In this document: positions 1 to 10,200 of the stretch, piece after piece
How the letters are laid out: each line of letters starts with the position of its first letter
How positions within the stretch are numbered: the stretch's first letter is position 1
Virus record (IMG/VR): IMGVR_UViG_3300032320_000653
Coordinates: 1-40,966 of that record
Reading direction: 5' to 3' (one strand)
Length of the DNA stretch: 40,966 nt
From: a virus
Lineage: Duplodnaviria; Caudoviricetes
Notes under the pieces: generated by a model
Told to the model about the DNA's origin: nothing
Seen by the model: only the letters and a program-made list of their open reading frames with translations
Databases searched by the model: none
Program-made: the position numbers and the translations under genes

Positions 1-368
1 ATATCACTACGTCTCAATCACCTGCCATTACTACTTCTTCGGTTACGGCGCTTACTACTTCTCAAGCGGCTGGTAATACTGGTGGAGGGACGACAACCGC
101 CCCGGCAACGCCAAAGAAACCTACTCCGGCAGAATTTGCCAAAGCCTTACAAGGTGCTACACCCGCCCCCGGTCCTACGACGGCCACTCCGGTCCAAACA
201 CCGCTAGCAAACATTGAATATATCTATGATTGGAGTAGCATATTCGGCAATCCGAAGAAGCTCAAAGAAGCCGAGGAAAAGCAGGTCTACGCCCGGGGTG
301 GCGCTATTGATTTCAACCCACCTGAGTATGGCTCGGTGGAAGACTTAATGCGAATTTTGAGGAAATAA
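1..368 (+). CDS. 3' end of a Thr/Pro/Ala-rich putative internal virion protein (5'-truncated by window)
   Basis: Frame 3 is open from nt 3 to TAA at 366-368 (...IEYIYDWSSIFGNPKKLKEAEEKQVYARGGAIDF...LMRILRK*); next ATG follows 2 nt later; not in the ORF track. Confidence 0.75.
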   Translation, partial: ITTSQSPAITTSSVTALTTSQAAGNTGGGTTTAPATPKKPTPAEFAKALQGATPAPGPTTATPVQTPLANIEYIYDWSSIFGNPKKLKEAEEKQVYARGGAIDFNPPEYGSVEDLMRILRK

Positions 369-370
369 TC

Positions 371-1339
371 ATGAGTGATTTCTCAGATCCGACTAACGAA
401 GCCGGGGATAGCTTTACTATTTCTTCGTCTTACCAACTCCCAGACGGTTCGTATCTATATGCAAACTCAGAAGGAGATATTGTTGGGTCCTCCCTTGATA
501 CTTCTATTGGGCAGTACAGTGGCTTAGGGGTTCCAACTCTTGGGCAAGAAATATCTTCTATAGCTAGTAAACTCGGTAAAGATGCTTTCAATGCGCTTAA
601 AGGAGCATTTACAAAAACAGATGGTACGACCGACTGGGGAAAACTACTCGGTGCCGCCGGAGGTCTTGCTGCCGGTATGGGGATGTTTGGCTCCGATGAC
701 AAACCTAAAGGTTACCAAGGGAAAATCCCTGACCTTGACGTAGTTCGTCAGCAAGTTCCTAACACCTATGATCTTAATCGGCGTCCCGGTAGTAGCGGGT
801 TGCGATATTTCACGGACACGCAGTACGTACCCCCAAAAGATACGGCTGGCTTGGCAGCGGCACAAACTGCGGCGGGTACTCAGGCTACTGGACTTGCTTC
901 ACTAAACGCAGCGAATCCGGCACGGCAAGCAACTGCCCCTCTAACTTTTGCTCCGCTTCCCGCTACTCCTACCGCAGCCGCCCCGGCTACGACTTCCCCT
1001 CCTGCCGCTGCCCGTCCCGCTTCTGACGTAATAAAGAACCTACCCGCCCCCACATACAACAGGGGTGGGATTGCTACATTGGCTCATGGGAAGTATTTAG
1101 ATGGACCGACTGACGGTATGGCTGATAAACTACCGGCTAACATAGACGGTAAACAAGAAGCTCGGCTCAGTCACGGGGAGTTCGTTATTCCTGCCGATGT
1201 CGTCAGCCATCTTGGCAACGGTAACTCTTCCGCTGGTGCGGAACGCTTGTATTCAATGATGGATCGAATTCGTCAAGCCCGAACCGGCACGAAGAAGCAG
1301 GGCAAGCAGATTAACCCCAACAAATACGTCCCCGCGTAA
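371..1339 (+). CDS. Putative internal virion protein with C-terminal 'GPTDGMAD...ARLSHGEFV' domain resembling tape-measure C-terminal motifs
   Basis: 322-aa ORF, SD GAGG upstream; low-complexity linker followed by YNRGG...DGPTDGMADKLPA...RLSHGEFVIPADVVS. Confidence 0.65.
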   Translation: MSDFSDPTNEAGDSFTISSSYQLPDGSYLYANSEGDIVGSSLDTSIGQYSGLGVPTLGQEISSIASKLGKDAFNALKGAFTKTDGTTDWGKLLGAAGGLAAGMGMFGSDDKPKGYQGKIPDLDVVRQQVPNTYDLNRRPGSSGLRYFTDTQYVPPKDTAGLAAAQTAAGTQATGLASLNAANPARQATAPLTFAPLPATPTAAAPATTSPPAAARPASDVIKNLPAPTYNRGGIATLAHGKYLDGPTDGMADKLPANIDGKQEARLSHGEFVIPADVVSHLGNGNSSAGAERLYSMMDRIRQARTGTKKQGKQINPNKYVPA

Positions 1340-1348
1340 GGAAAGATT

Positions 1349-2284
1349 ATGGCTACCACTACCCCCGGCACGACGGGTTCCACGGGAACTACAACTGTTC
1401 CTACTGATCCGCTTGCAGGTAAGCAAGTAGGTACGGAATCAAACCTATCCAACTGGGCTGGTGATTATGTCACTAACATGTTGGGTAAAGGGCAAGCCCT
1501 ATCTAATCAACCATATCAAGCCTACTCCGGGCCATTGACGGCGGGAACGTCTCAGCTTCAGCAAAATGCCTTTCAAGGTTTAGCTAATTTAGCTATTCCA
1601 ACTGATAAAATGGGAGCATTTGCCCCCCAGACGTTTGGTGCAACCCAAGCGCAGCAGTACATGAACCCGTATCTAATGGCAGCGTTGCAGCCACAGATCG
1701 ATGAAGCTAGGCGTCAGTCACAAATTACGCAGATGATGAACAATGCCCAGCTTACTAAGGCGGGTGCGTATGGTGGTGGGCGTCAAGCTATTATGAATGC
1801 GGAAACTCAGCGTAATCTGGGAACCAATTTATCTAACATCACCGGGACCGGCTACGCAAGTGCCTACGATAAAGCCATGCAGCAGTTTAATACTGAGCAA
1901 GGCCGAGGCATGGAAGCCCAGAAAATGCTCAATGAGTACGGCATGGGTACTCTTGCTGCACAGCAACAAGCAGGTGCAATTCAACGTCAGATCGAGCAAG
2001 AAGGTCTTACGGCTGACAAAACTGCGTTTGAACAAGAGCGCGATTATCCGTACAAACAGGTTCAGTACCAGCAGTCATTGCTCCAAGGGTTACCACTGCA
2101 AACACAGACATATTCGTACCAGCAACCTAGTGCTTTGAGTTCAGCGATGGGTACAACCTCTGGGATCATGAGCCTTTACGATCAGCTTTTTGGTACACCA
2201 AAAACTACTACGCCAGCTACTACGCCAGCTACTACGCCAGCCACTACGCCAGCCACTACGCCAGCTACTACGCCAATAAGGTAA
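1349..2284 (+). CDS. Putative internal virion/ejection (DNA pilot-like) protein
   Basis: 311 aa, Gln/Ala/Gly-rich, YMNPY and AGAYGGGRQA motifs that I associate with podophage ejection proteins; lies upstream of the giant virion protein. Confidence 0.6.
   Translation: MATTTPGTTGSTGTTTVPTDPLAGKQVGTESNLSNWAGDYVTNMLGKGQALSNQPYQAYSGPLTAGTSQLQQNAFQGLANLAIPTDKMGAFAPQTFGATQAQQYMNPYLMAALQPQIDEARRQSQITQMMNNAQLTKAGAYGGGRQAIMNAETQRNLGTNLSNITGTGYASAYDKAMQQFNTEQGRGMEAQKMLNEYGMGTLAAQQQAGAIQRQIEQEGLTADKTAFEQERDYPYKQVQYQQSLLQGLPLQTQTYSYQQPSALSSAMGTTSGIMSLYDQLFGTPKTTTPATTPATTPATTPATTPATTPIR
2207..2275 (+). repeat. 12-bp tandem repeat (ACTACGCCAGCY) x5.75 encoding (TTPA)n
   Basis: Units start at 2207, 2219, 2231, 2243, 2255, with a partial unit at 2267. 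Confidence 0.95.
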
Positions 2285-2293
2285 GGAACGACC

Positions 2294-4267
2294 ATGCTTG
2301 ATCAAGATGTGCAAAGCCGCGTAGATGCTTATCGGGGTAACCCCCAAGCACTCCAGCAGAAGTACTCGGTCAGCAAAGACTTGCTCGACCTCATGGCGTT
2401 GCAGAAGCTGACAAAAGAAAAGGAATCCGCTGCGCGTGAGTTGCAGATGGCTATGGCCGCGCAACAAGGTCAAGGAGCCGGGACGATTCGGGATCAACTC
2501 CAGCAGAAAGCGTTGGGGATGACAAAGCAGGAGCTTCAGAAACAACAGATGGAATTGCTGCAACAGAAGCAGCAGCAACAGCAACAGAATCTTCAGCAGC
2601 TAGCCCAGACCGGTATTGCCCAAAACCCTGCACCTAACATGGAAGCCGCTCCCGGTTTTGCTTCGGGTGGGATTATTGCGTTTGCTGGGCCAACAGGTAG
2701 TGAAGTACCTTTTGCCAATCCAATCTCTGATGTTAACGTCGCTAGAGAAAAAGTTCGTCGCGGAGAACCACTTACCGAACGCGAAGAAAAGGCGCTTCGG
2801 GCTGCTGAACAGGCAAGGATCAGAGCATTCGGTGCAGACGAAAACGTAATACGCCCACCAACACAAGCTCCTACTCCACTACCAGCCGATCTTGCTAGAC
2901 AGGCCGAGAAAAAACTCCCCATACAAGAAGCACAAGGAATTGTTGGTAATGCGGGTAATGCTTCTGCTCCCGGTTACGCTGGGCCGAATCCGCTTGATCA
3001 GCAACGTGCTTTAGAACGTGGTGCAGTTATTCCACAGCAAGCTGCTCCAGCAGCTAAGTACCAAGGTACACCAAGCGACGTTATTAGAGAAGCGGCTGAA
3101 CGTGCTGGAATTCTTGCTCCGTTTAGACAACCCACAGTTTCTGCTCCTCCTCCTGCTCCTTCTCGTGGTGGTGGTGGCGGTGGCGGTGGGCAGCAAGCTG
3201 GATTAGGTGCGCTTACTTCTACAAAAGTTGACCTTAGCAACCCACCCCAACCAGTTGATATTCGTCGGTTTTCTCCAGAAGAAGAAGCAGATACGGCGTT
3301 TCGGGGCAGCGTGCGGTCTGCCGCCATGAATGCGTCCCAACAAGATCTCGCTGCAATTGAACGCGCACGTGCATTAGCAAAAACCGAACTGTCGCTTACT
3401 CCAGATGAGCGAGCAAAAATGGAAGCTAACTTGGCTGCTCGGGAAGCAATGACTCGGGAGCAAATGGACCCGGAACGGCTTGCTCGTAGCCGACTAATTC
3501 AGAGTCTTGCAGGTGGCGCTTACGGTAGTACTCCGGGGTTGGGCCTAGCCGGTTTTGCACTTGCTGGTGAAAACGTAGCCTCAAGGCAAGCGGATGCTCG
3601 TCGCGCTCAAATGATAGAAAACCAAGGCTATGGTGAAAAAATTCTGGGCCTTGATATGGCTGCACGTAAAGGTGCGCTTGAAGTGTCTGACAAAGAAGCA
3701 CAACGCCAGAGTGAAATGGCGCGAACCGGTATCTCTGCTCTAGGCAATTTAGGTTCGGCAACGGAAGGCAGACGCGCACAAGAAATTGCTTCCGCTAGTT
3801 CTTATCAATCCGCTCGTCTGACAGACTGGAATAACGTGAAAGTCAACGAAGCCAAGATGGCAAATGACTTTATGCTTCATAAACTGGACGCAGATAAAGC
3901 TATTCAGGTAGCTCGTATTTCCGCTGAAGGCCACGCCGAATTGGCTAGGGCTACTAGAGAAGCTACTACTGAAAGTAAACGACAAGAAGCAATAGCTAGA
4001 TTTATGAAGGTTCAAACTGAAGCGGAAAAAGTTCTTGATAGCCGTTATGCCGTACAAATTAGGGAAGTAGAAAAGCGAAAAGCAAACTTAGAAATGATGA
4101 AACAGCCTACGGCTAGGGCTGATGCTGAACTTGATATGCTTATTGCAGGGCGTGAACGCGACCGTCAAGCTATGATTAAACAGACCCAAAACGCCCTTAT
4201 GCAAGTGGGCGGTGCAGATAGCGGTTCGGGTAATTGGGGTCAAATGACCACGCGGCCTAGTAAATAA
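2294..4267 (+). CDS. Putative internal virion/ejection protein (coiled-coil, Gln/Ala-rich)
   Basis: 657 aa, SD AAGGA, poly-Q and poly-G tracts, FASGGII motif, helical C-terminal half. Confidence 0.6.
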   Translation: MLDQDVQSRVDAYRGNPQALQQKYSVSKDLLDLMALQKLTKEKESAARELQMAMAAQQGQGAGTIRDQLQQKALGMTKQELQKQQMELLQQKQQQQQQNLQQLAQTGIAQNPAPNMEAAPGFASGGIIAFAGPTGSEVPFANPISDVNVAREKVRRGEPLTEREEKALRAAEQARIRAFGADENVIRPPTQAPTPLPADLARQAEKKLPIQEAQGIVGNAGNASAPGYAGPNPLDQQRALERGAVIPQQAAPAAKYQGTPSDVIREAAERAGILAPFRQPTVSAPPPAPSRGGGGGGGGQQAGLGALTSTKVDLSNPPQPVDIRRFSPEEEADTAFRGSVRSAAMNASQQDLAAIERARALAKTELSLTPDERAKMEANLAAREAMTREQMDPERLARSRLIQSLAGGAYGSTPGLGLAGFALAGENVASRQADARRAQMIENQGYGEKILGLDMAARKGALEVSDKEAQRQSEMARTGISALGNLGSATEGRRAQEIASASSYQSARLTDWNNVKVNEAKMANDFMLHKLDADKAIQVARISAEGHAELARATREATTESKRQEAIARFMKVQTEAEKVLDSRYAVQIREVEKRKANLEMMKQPTARADAELDMLIAGRERDRQAMIKQTQNALMQVGGADSGSGNWGQMTTRPSK

Positions 4268-4278
4268 AGAGCTTACGT

Positions 4279-7200
4279 ATGCCAATCTATTCGATCCAAG
4301 CTCCAGACGGTAAAACCTACGATATTGAAGGGCCGGAAGGCGCAACACGTAACCAAGTTATTGCTGCTGTACAACGGCAACTTAGGCAGCAGCAACCTGA
4401 CCGTGGGATGGAAGAAGCCAATCGGCGGTATGCCGAGGCGCAACGTAGGCTAGCCGAACTTAGCCGCCCACAAGTTGAACCACCAAAGACAACACTTTTT
4501 GGTGCAGGTAAAGAACTCATCAAGGGCTTAGTTCCCGGCGCAGTCGGACTAGGTGAAAGTGCAGCTACCGGACTAGCTGCATTGCTTCCCGATGAACAAG
4601 AGCGAGCCGTTCGTAGCGCGGTGTCAGGTGCGGCTGCACCTGTTAAAGAATTTTTTAAACCCGCCCCCGGCTACGAAGAGTCAGTCTCTCGCAAGTTTAG
4701 TGAAGCCCTTGGTTCCACCCTTCCGTTCCTTGCCGCCGCTCCGTTTACTGGTGGCGCTAGTCTTTTAGGCTTAGGCGCAAGAGCCGGTATTGCAGGACTT
4801 GGAGCCGCTGCTGGTGCTGGTGAAGCTAGACAGATGGCGGAAGCATCTGGGGCAACTAAAGATGAACGCGCTATAGCTACGCTATTAGGCGCACCGGTCG
4901 GTCTTCTTGACATGCTGTTGCCTGAACTCCGGTACGGCAAGACCATGATTACCCGAGCCGCTGTTAGTGGTGGTGTCGAAGGTGCAACTGAAGCCGCTCA
5001 AAGAATTGCTCAGAACGCTATTGCTAAGTATGGGTATAACCCTAATCAGGCGCTGCTTGAAGGTTCCGGCGAAGAAGGTGCGTATGGTGCTGGTGTTGGT
5101 GCAGTTGCTAGTCTGCTTATGGATGCCGCCCTTGGCCGTAAAGGTAAAGGTGCAAAACCAGCCGCAGAGGAAGAGGAAAAGAAGAAGCCGGAAACACTGC
5201 TTCTTGGTAATAAACCAACGCCGTTTACGCCGGTCGTGTTCCCCGATGGTAGTGTTGCTACCTCACCCGAAGACGTAGCAGCTTACGAAAAAGAGCACCT
5301 CAAGAATAAGTTTTCTGCGGCAGCAAATCAACCCGCCGCGCCGGGGATTGCTGGTCTGCTTGAGAACAAACCATTTAAGCCTGTCGTAACTCCTGATGGT
5401 TCGGTTATTACTACACCGGAAGGAGTTAAAGCGTACGAAGAAGAAAAGTACCATGCCCGTAGGCAGCAGGAAGAAGAGGCCAAGCAGCAAGAAGAACAAG
5501 CGTTCAGAAGCAAGTACGCACCCGTAATAAACCAACCCGGACCTGCTGGGCTTCTTGAGAACAAACCGTTTACGCCAATTGTGTACCCTGACGGGTCAGT
5601 TGCTACTACGCCTGAACAAGCTAGACAGCTTGACGAGGGTGCCTACCATCAAGGTAGACAACAAGAAGAAGAGGCCAAGCAACGTGAAGAAGAAGCGTTT
5701 AGAAGTAAATATGCACCTGTAATAAACCAGCCACCGTCTGGAATTGCTGGGCTTCTTGAAGATAAACCAGCCACGCCGTTTAGGCCGGTCGTGTTCCCTG
5801 ACGGGTCGGTTGCTACTACACCAGAGCAACTTGCACAATACGAAGCGCAAACTAAACAGCGCGAAGAAGAGCAGTTTAGGCAGCAGTACGCTCCGCAACC
5901 ATCCGATCAGGCTTTGGCAAACCAAGCTGAAGCGCAACGTCTCGCAGCCGCCGGTCGTGGTCCCAGAGCTACAGGGCAACCGGAACTGCCACTACAAGGT
6001 GGTCAAGTTGCACAGCCTCGGCAAGCTCCTCCGGTTCTTCCGAAGAGAACAGGGTCACAAGGCGTCTTGTTCCCGCAAACTGCGGCTGAACTTGCCCGTG
6101 CTAAGGAAATACCCGCACGTGAACGGCAATCGCTTTCATTCCGTATCAACGATGCGCTGATTAAGTTAACCAGAAACATCCCTTTATCTACCGAAGAAAT
6201 CGCGCTGCTTACACAATACGGAGAAGAGTACAACGTCTCCCCTGAGCAACTACTTACAGCCCGGGTAGCAGGACTGGAACCCGCAGGAGCTAGAAATGCA
6301 GCACCTAATACACCTGTCGCTCCAGCAACTGGAGCTAGCACTAGCGTACCTAGCAAACCCCAAGCAAACGCGGCCCCCGCTGGAACTAGCGCACCTGCAT
6401 CCAGCGCAGTGGCGACACCTGCAACTCCTGCTGGACCAACTGGAACTGGAGCGACAGCACAGCCCAATCCACTAAGTACAGACGCGGAGACTTTGGCAGC
6501 GTTAAAAGCACTTGTACCAGCAGACTTACACAGTAAGTTGGATGCGGCTAACGCTGAAACTTTTGCTCCTCCTAAAGCTCCTAAAGCACCTAAAGTTCCT
6601 AAAGCCCCCGCCGCTACCGAAACCGCTGCGCCTAAACCCGAAGCTAAGAAGGGAACGCCGGAGGCAGAAGCTAAGACGGAAGCCAAGACGGAAGCGCCAA
6701 AGGTAGAAAAAATTGAAACTCGTAGGGATGCGTTTACGTATGGAAGCCCCTCAAACCGAACGGGCACGTATACTTTTGTCGTTTTGTCTGACGGTAGCAA
6801 ACATGCCATAGGTAGAAAAACTGCACAAGACGGGGAGATGGCTGGTTGGCATGTCCTAGACGGTTCTCTTCTTGAGGCTATACAGAACGATCCATACGAC
6901 GTATCCACTTGGTTAGGCGATAATAGAGAAGCTGCCCTCAAAGAGTTACCGGAAGAATATCAACGTCGGGTACTCAATAGAGCTAAACCGGAAACTAAAA
7001 CCGCCACCGCGCCTAAAACTCCTGCTGCTCCTGCTGCTCCTGCTGCTACCGCGCCTAGACCTAGAACTGCCAAAGCACAAGCTAAAGCCAATCTTGACGC
7101 TGCACTATCTGACCTTGGGGACATTCTTGGGTTTACTACAGCACCTGCTACAGACACCACAACTACGCCAACTGGCAAAGGTGACCTCAAGAAATTTGAT

Positions 7201-10200
7201 CAGGCGCAGAAAGCCAAACTGATTCCTACGCTTGTTAAGTTGTTTGATGCGGCGTTGGATATGGGCATGGTTACCTTTAAGGAATCAGTCCTGCACGTAA
7301 AGCAAGCAATCAACGCACGCTTTGGTCGTGACGCCGTTCGGGCTATCTTTGAACAAGAAGGAAGTCAGGCACTGATTCGGGAAGCCTACGATCTGCATCA
7401 GGAACAACGGCAAGAACGGGAAACAGCGGAAGCTCCCGAAGCCGAAGCGCGTCAAGAAATCGAGGAAGAAGAAACTACTGGTGAAGAAGAAGCAGTAAGC
7501 GCGTGGCAAGAACTAGCTACTCCTAGTGCTCGGGCCTTCCACGATCAAATCAGTCATGCGTACAGGATGTATGACGCTAAGGAAGTAGGGGACGAAACAT
7601 CACAAAAAGCTGACCGTGCCAAGGTCCAAGGGTTGCTACGTAAAAACCGGGACAACCCACAGACAAACTACTTCTCCAAGATGCAGCGGCTGGTGGATAA
7701 CCTTCGTAACATTGCATTTGACATAGCATTCCCATTTGGTGATCGGCGAGCCGAAACCAAAGAAGGTCAGATTGGGGAGATAATAGAAGTACTTGGCCGA
7801 TACAAGCGGTCGGTCGGTGAAACTACGCCTGAAGCTAACTTCTTCAGCGGTATGGGGCACGATGCTGCTAAGAAAGCAGCGGAATGGGTTTACGGCAACC
7901 TCAGCCTACCCGCCCAAGTCAAGCTGCAAAAGATGATTGCCGAATACACGGCACAGAATACTGCTGTAGGTCAAGCCCACTTCATTCAGACAATTCTGGA
8001 TCGCGGTCGTGGTCGGGCAGACAACGCCAAAGACGAGCAAAAGTTTCAAGAGGGAGTGCTTGAGGCGAAGAAGGATGAAGATATCGACGAGGCATTGGCT
8101 AAGGTCGAACGCAGCCGTGATATTAGAGCCGCTGAAGCACGTATAAAGGAAGAAAACCGTAAGGCAAATGAGTTAGAGCAGTTGCGGGAAAAAGTAGAAC
8201 GCGAAAAGAAGAAACGGAAAACCGAGGACGAAGTTCTCGACGCGATCTTTGGCCCCGCTGGTGCTTTTATCAAGAAGTTCTCGCAAGACATGAGCGCCCG
8301 TCTGGGCTTGCCATTGCATCCGGCAGTGCAAGGTATGTTGATGGATGGCAACCTCAAGGGTGCGCTTGATCATCTCGCCGTTAACAATGGAAATGTTACG
8401 GGCAAGATTGCTGGTTTCCTGAGCCGCACAACAGGCACGACCAAGGTTGAAGTTACTGACAATCTGGTCGATGAGGCAGGTAAGGCGATCCCCGGTTACT
8501 TCGATCCCGAAACCAACACGGTTCATCTTGACTCGGTTCGGGGGATGAACGCTCACGTGCTATTGCATGAAGTAACGCACTCGGCCTTGTCTCACGAACT
8601 AGACAACCCGTCCAGCCCACACACCCGTCAAATCACCAAGTTGTTCAATGATCTCAAGCCTTTGCTTGGTGATCTTTATGCCGCCCAAGACGTACATGAG
8701 TTCACGTCTGAAGCGTGGAGCAACATGGCGTTCCGGCAACGTCTTAACTCCATCACCGTTTCCGGTGAGAAACAAACCGCGTGGGATCGGTTTACCAACA
8801 AGGTTGGAAACTGGCTTCGTTCTAAGGTTGGGTTGGAAACCAAACCGTTGGAAGAGACTGCGTTGTCAGCAGCAGACCGATTGATTGAAACAATCATGTC
8901 GCCCTCGCCAGAAACTCGCAACGTAGGTGTGCTGTACAAAGCGGCTGCTACTGGCACAGGGGCTAAAGTTGTAGCTAAAGCGTTCGGTGATTACGGTAAG
9001 TTCTCGACCAGACGCCCCGGCGCAGCGCGTAACGCCATGCAGTTCTACCAGAGTGCCAAGGAAGGATTCTTCAACGGCTTGTATCGGTTTGCTGACCTGC
9101 AAACTCTGGTCGATGTTGCTAAGGGTAAAGTCCCAGAAGCACAAAAAGTACTCGACACGATCCGGGCCAAGGCTCGCTACCAAGACGAATCAATACGTGC
9201 GTTAAAACCCGTAGTTAGTAAAGCTGCTAACTGGGCCAAAGGCGCATCCGCCGAAACCTACGAGCGTTTCAATAAAGTTGTTTACGGTAGCACCCTGTCG
9301 CAAGTCGATCCAACTAACCCACGCAGTACGTACGAGAAAAGCTCGGACCCAAAGAAAGCAAAAAACTTTGATCCGGAAAAACTGAAAGAGTACGACCGGA
9401 TTAAACCCGACTACGATGCGCTTAAAGACAGCGGCGGTCAGGAAATCTACAAGCTGATGCGTAATGCGTACCGGGAGTTGTACAAGAAGATCGAAGACGA
9501 GATCGGTAACCGTATTGACGACGCGGTGAAAGACAAGGATGCCGCTAAAAAACTTAAAGAGAACATCTTTAAGAAGCTGGTTGATCGTGGTGGGCTTGAG
9601 CCTTACTTCCCCCTAGTACGTAAGGGTAAATACCGGTTGTCGTACAACGCGGACGGGGAAGTCTACATCGAGCACTTTGAAAATAAGGCTGACCGTGACG
9701 CTGCAATAAAAGAACTAAACGAGATGGGTGCTACGGAGATCTCCCCGTTCCTAAGCATATCCGAAAAAACGTACAGGAAAGCCCCGCCATCTTCATTCGT
9801 CAATCAGATCCTTACGACGATGGAAGCCCAGAAGGTTGATCCTGCTGTCATTGAAAGCGTGATTGATTTGTACCTCAACACGATGCCGGAAACGTCATTT
9901 GCTCGGGCGTTCCATGCTCGGCAAGGCACGCTGGGCTTTAAGCAGGATGCAGTTGCGGCTATGCAGGAGAAGGTGTTCAGTACCTCCGCGCAGATTGCCA
10001 ATATTAAGTATTCCTCTATTCTCGGCAAACTAGACACAGAGTTACAGGAGTCGCTCAAGAAAAAGCAGACCGACGAAGATGCGGTGTATTTGGGTCAACA
10101 GCTTCGGGATCACATCTCTGAAAGCATGAACCCAACTCAACTATCTACCGCCTCCCGCCTTGCTGCCGGTGCAACTTACGCTTATACGCTTGGGTTTAAC

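Noticed and set aside
2081-2088. CTCCAAGG inside the 311-aa gene as another sRNA target
   Set aside because: It is in the sense strand of a + gene, so the mRNA has the same sequence as the seed rather than its complement.
6003-6941. 312-aa minus-strand ORF and similar antisense ORFs across 430-11253
   Set aside because: Shadow frames of Ala/Pro-rich + strand genes, with no SD or recognisable motifs.
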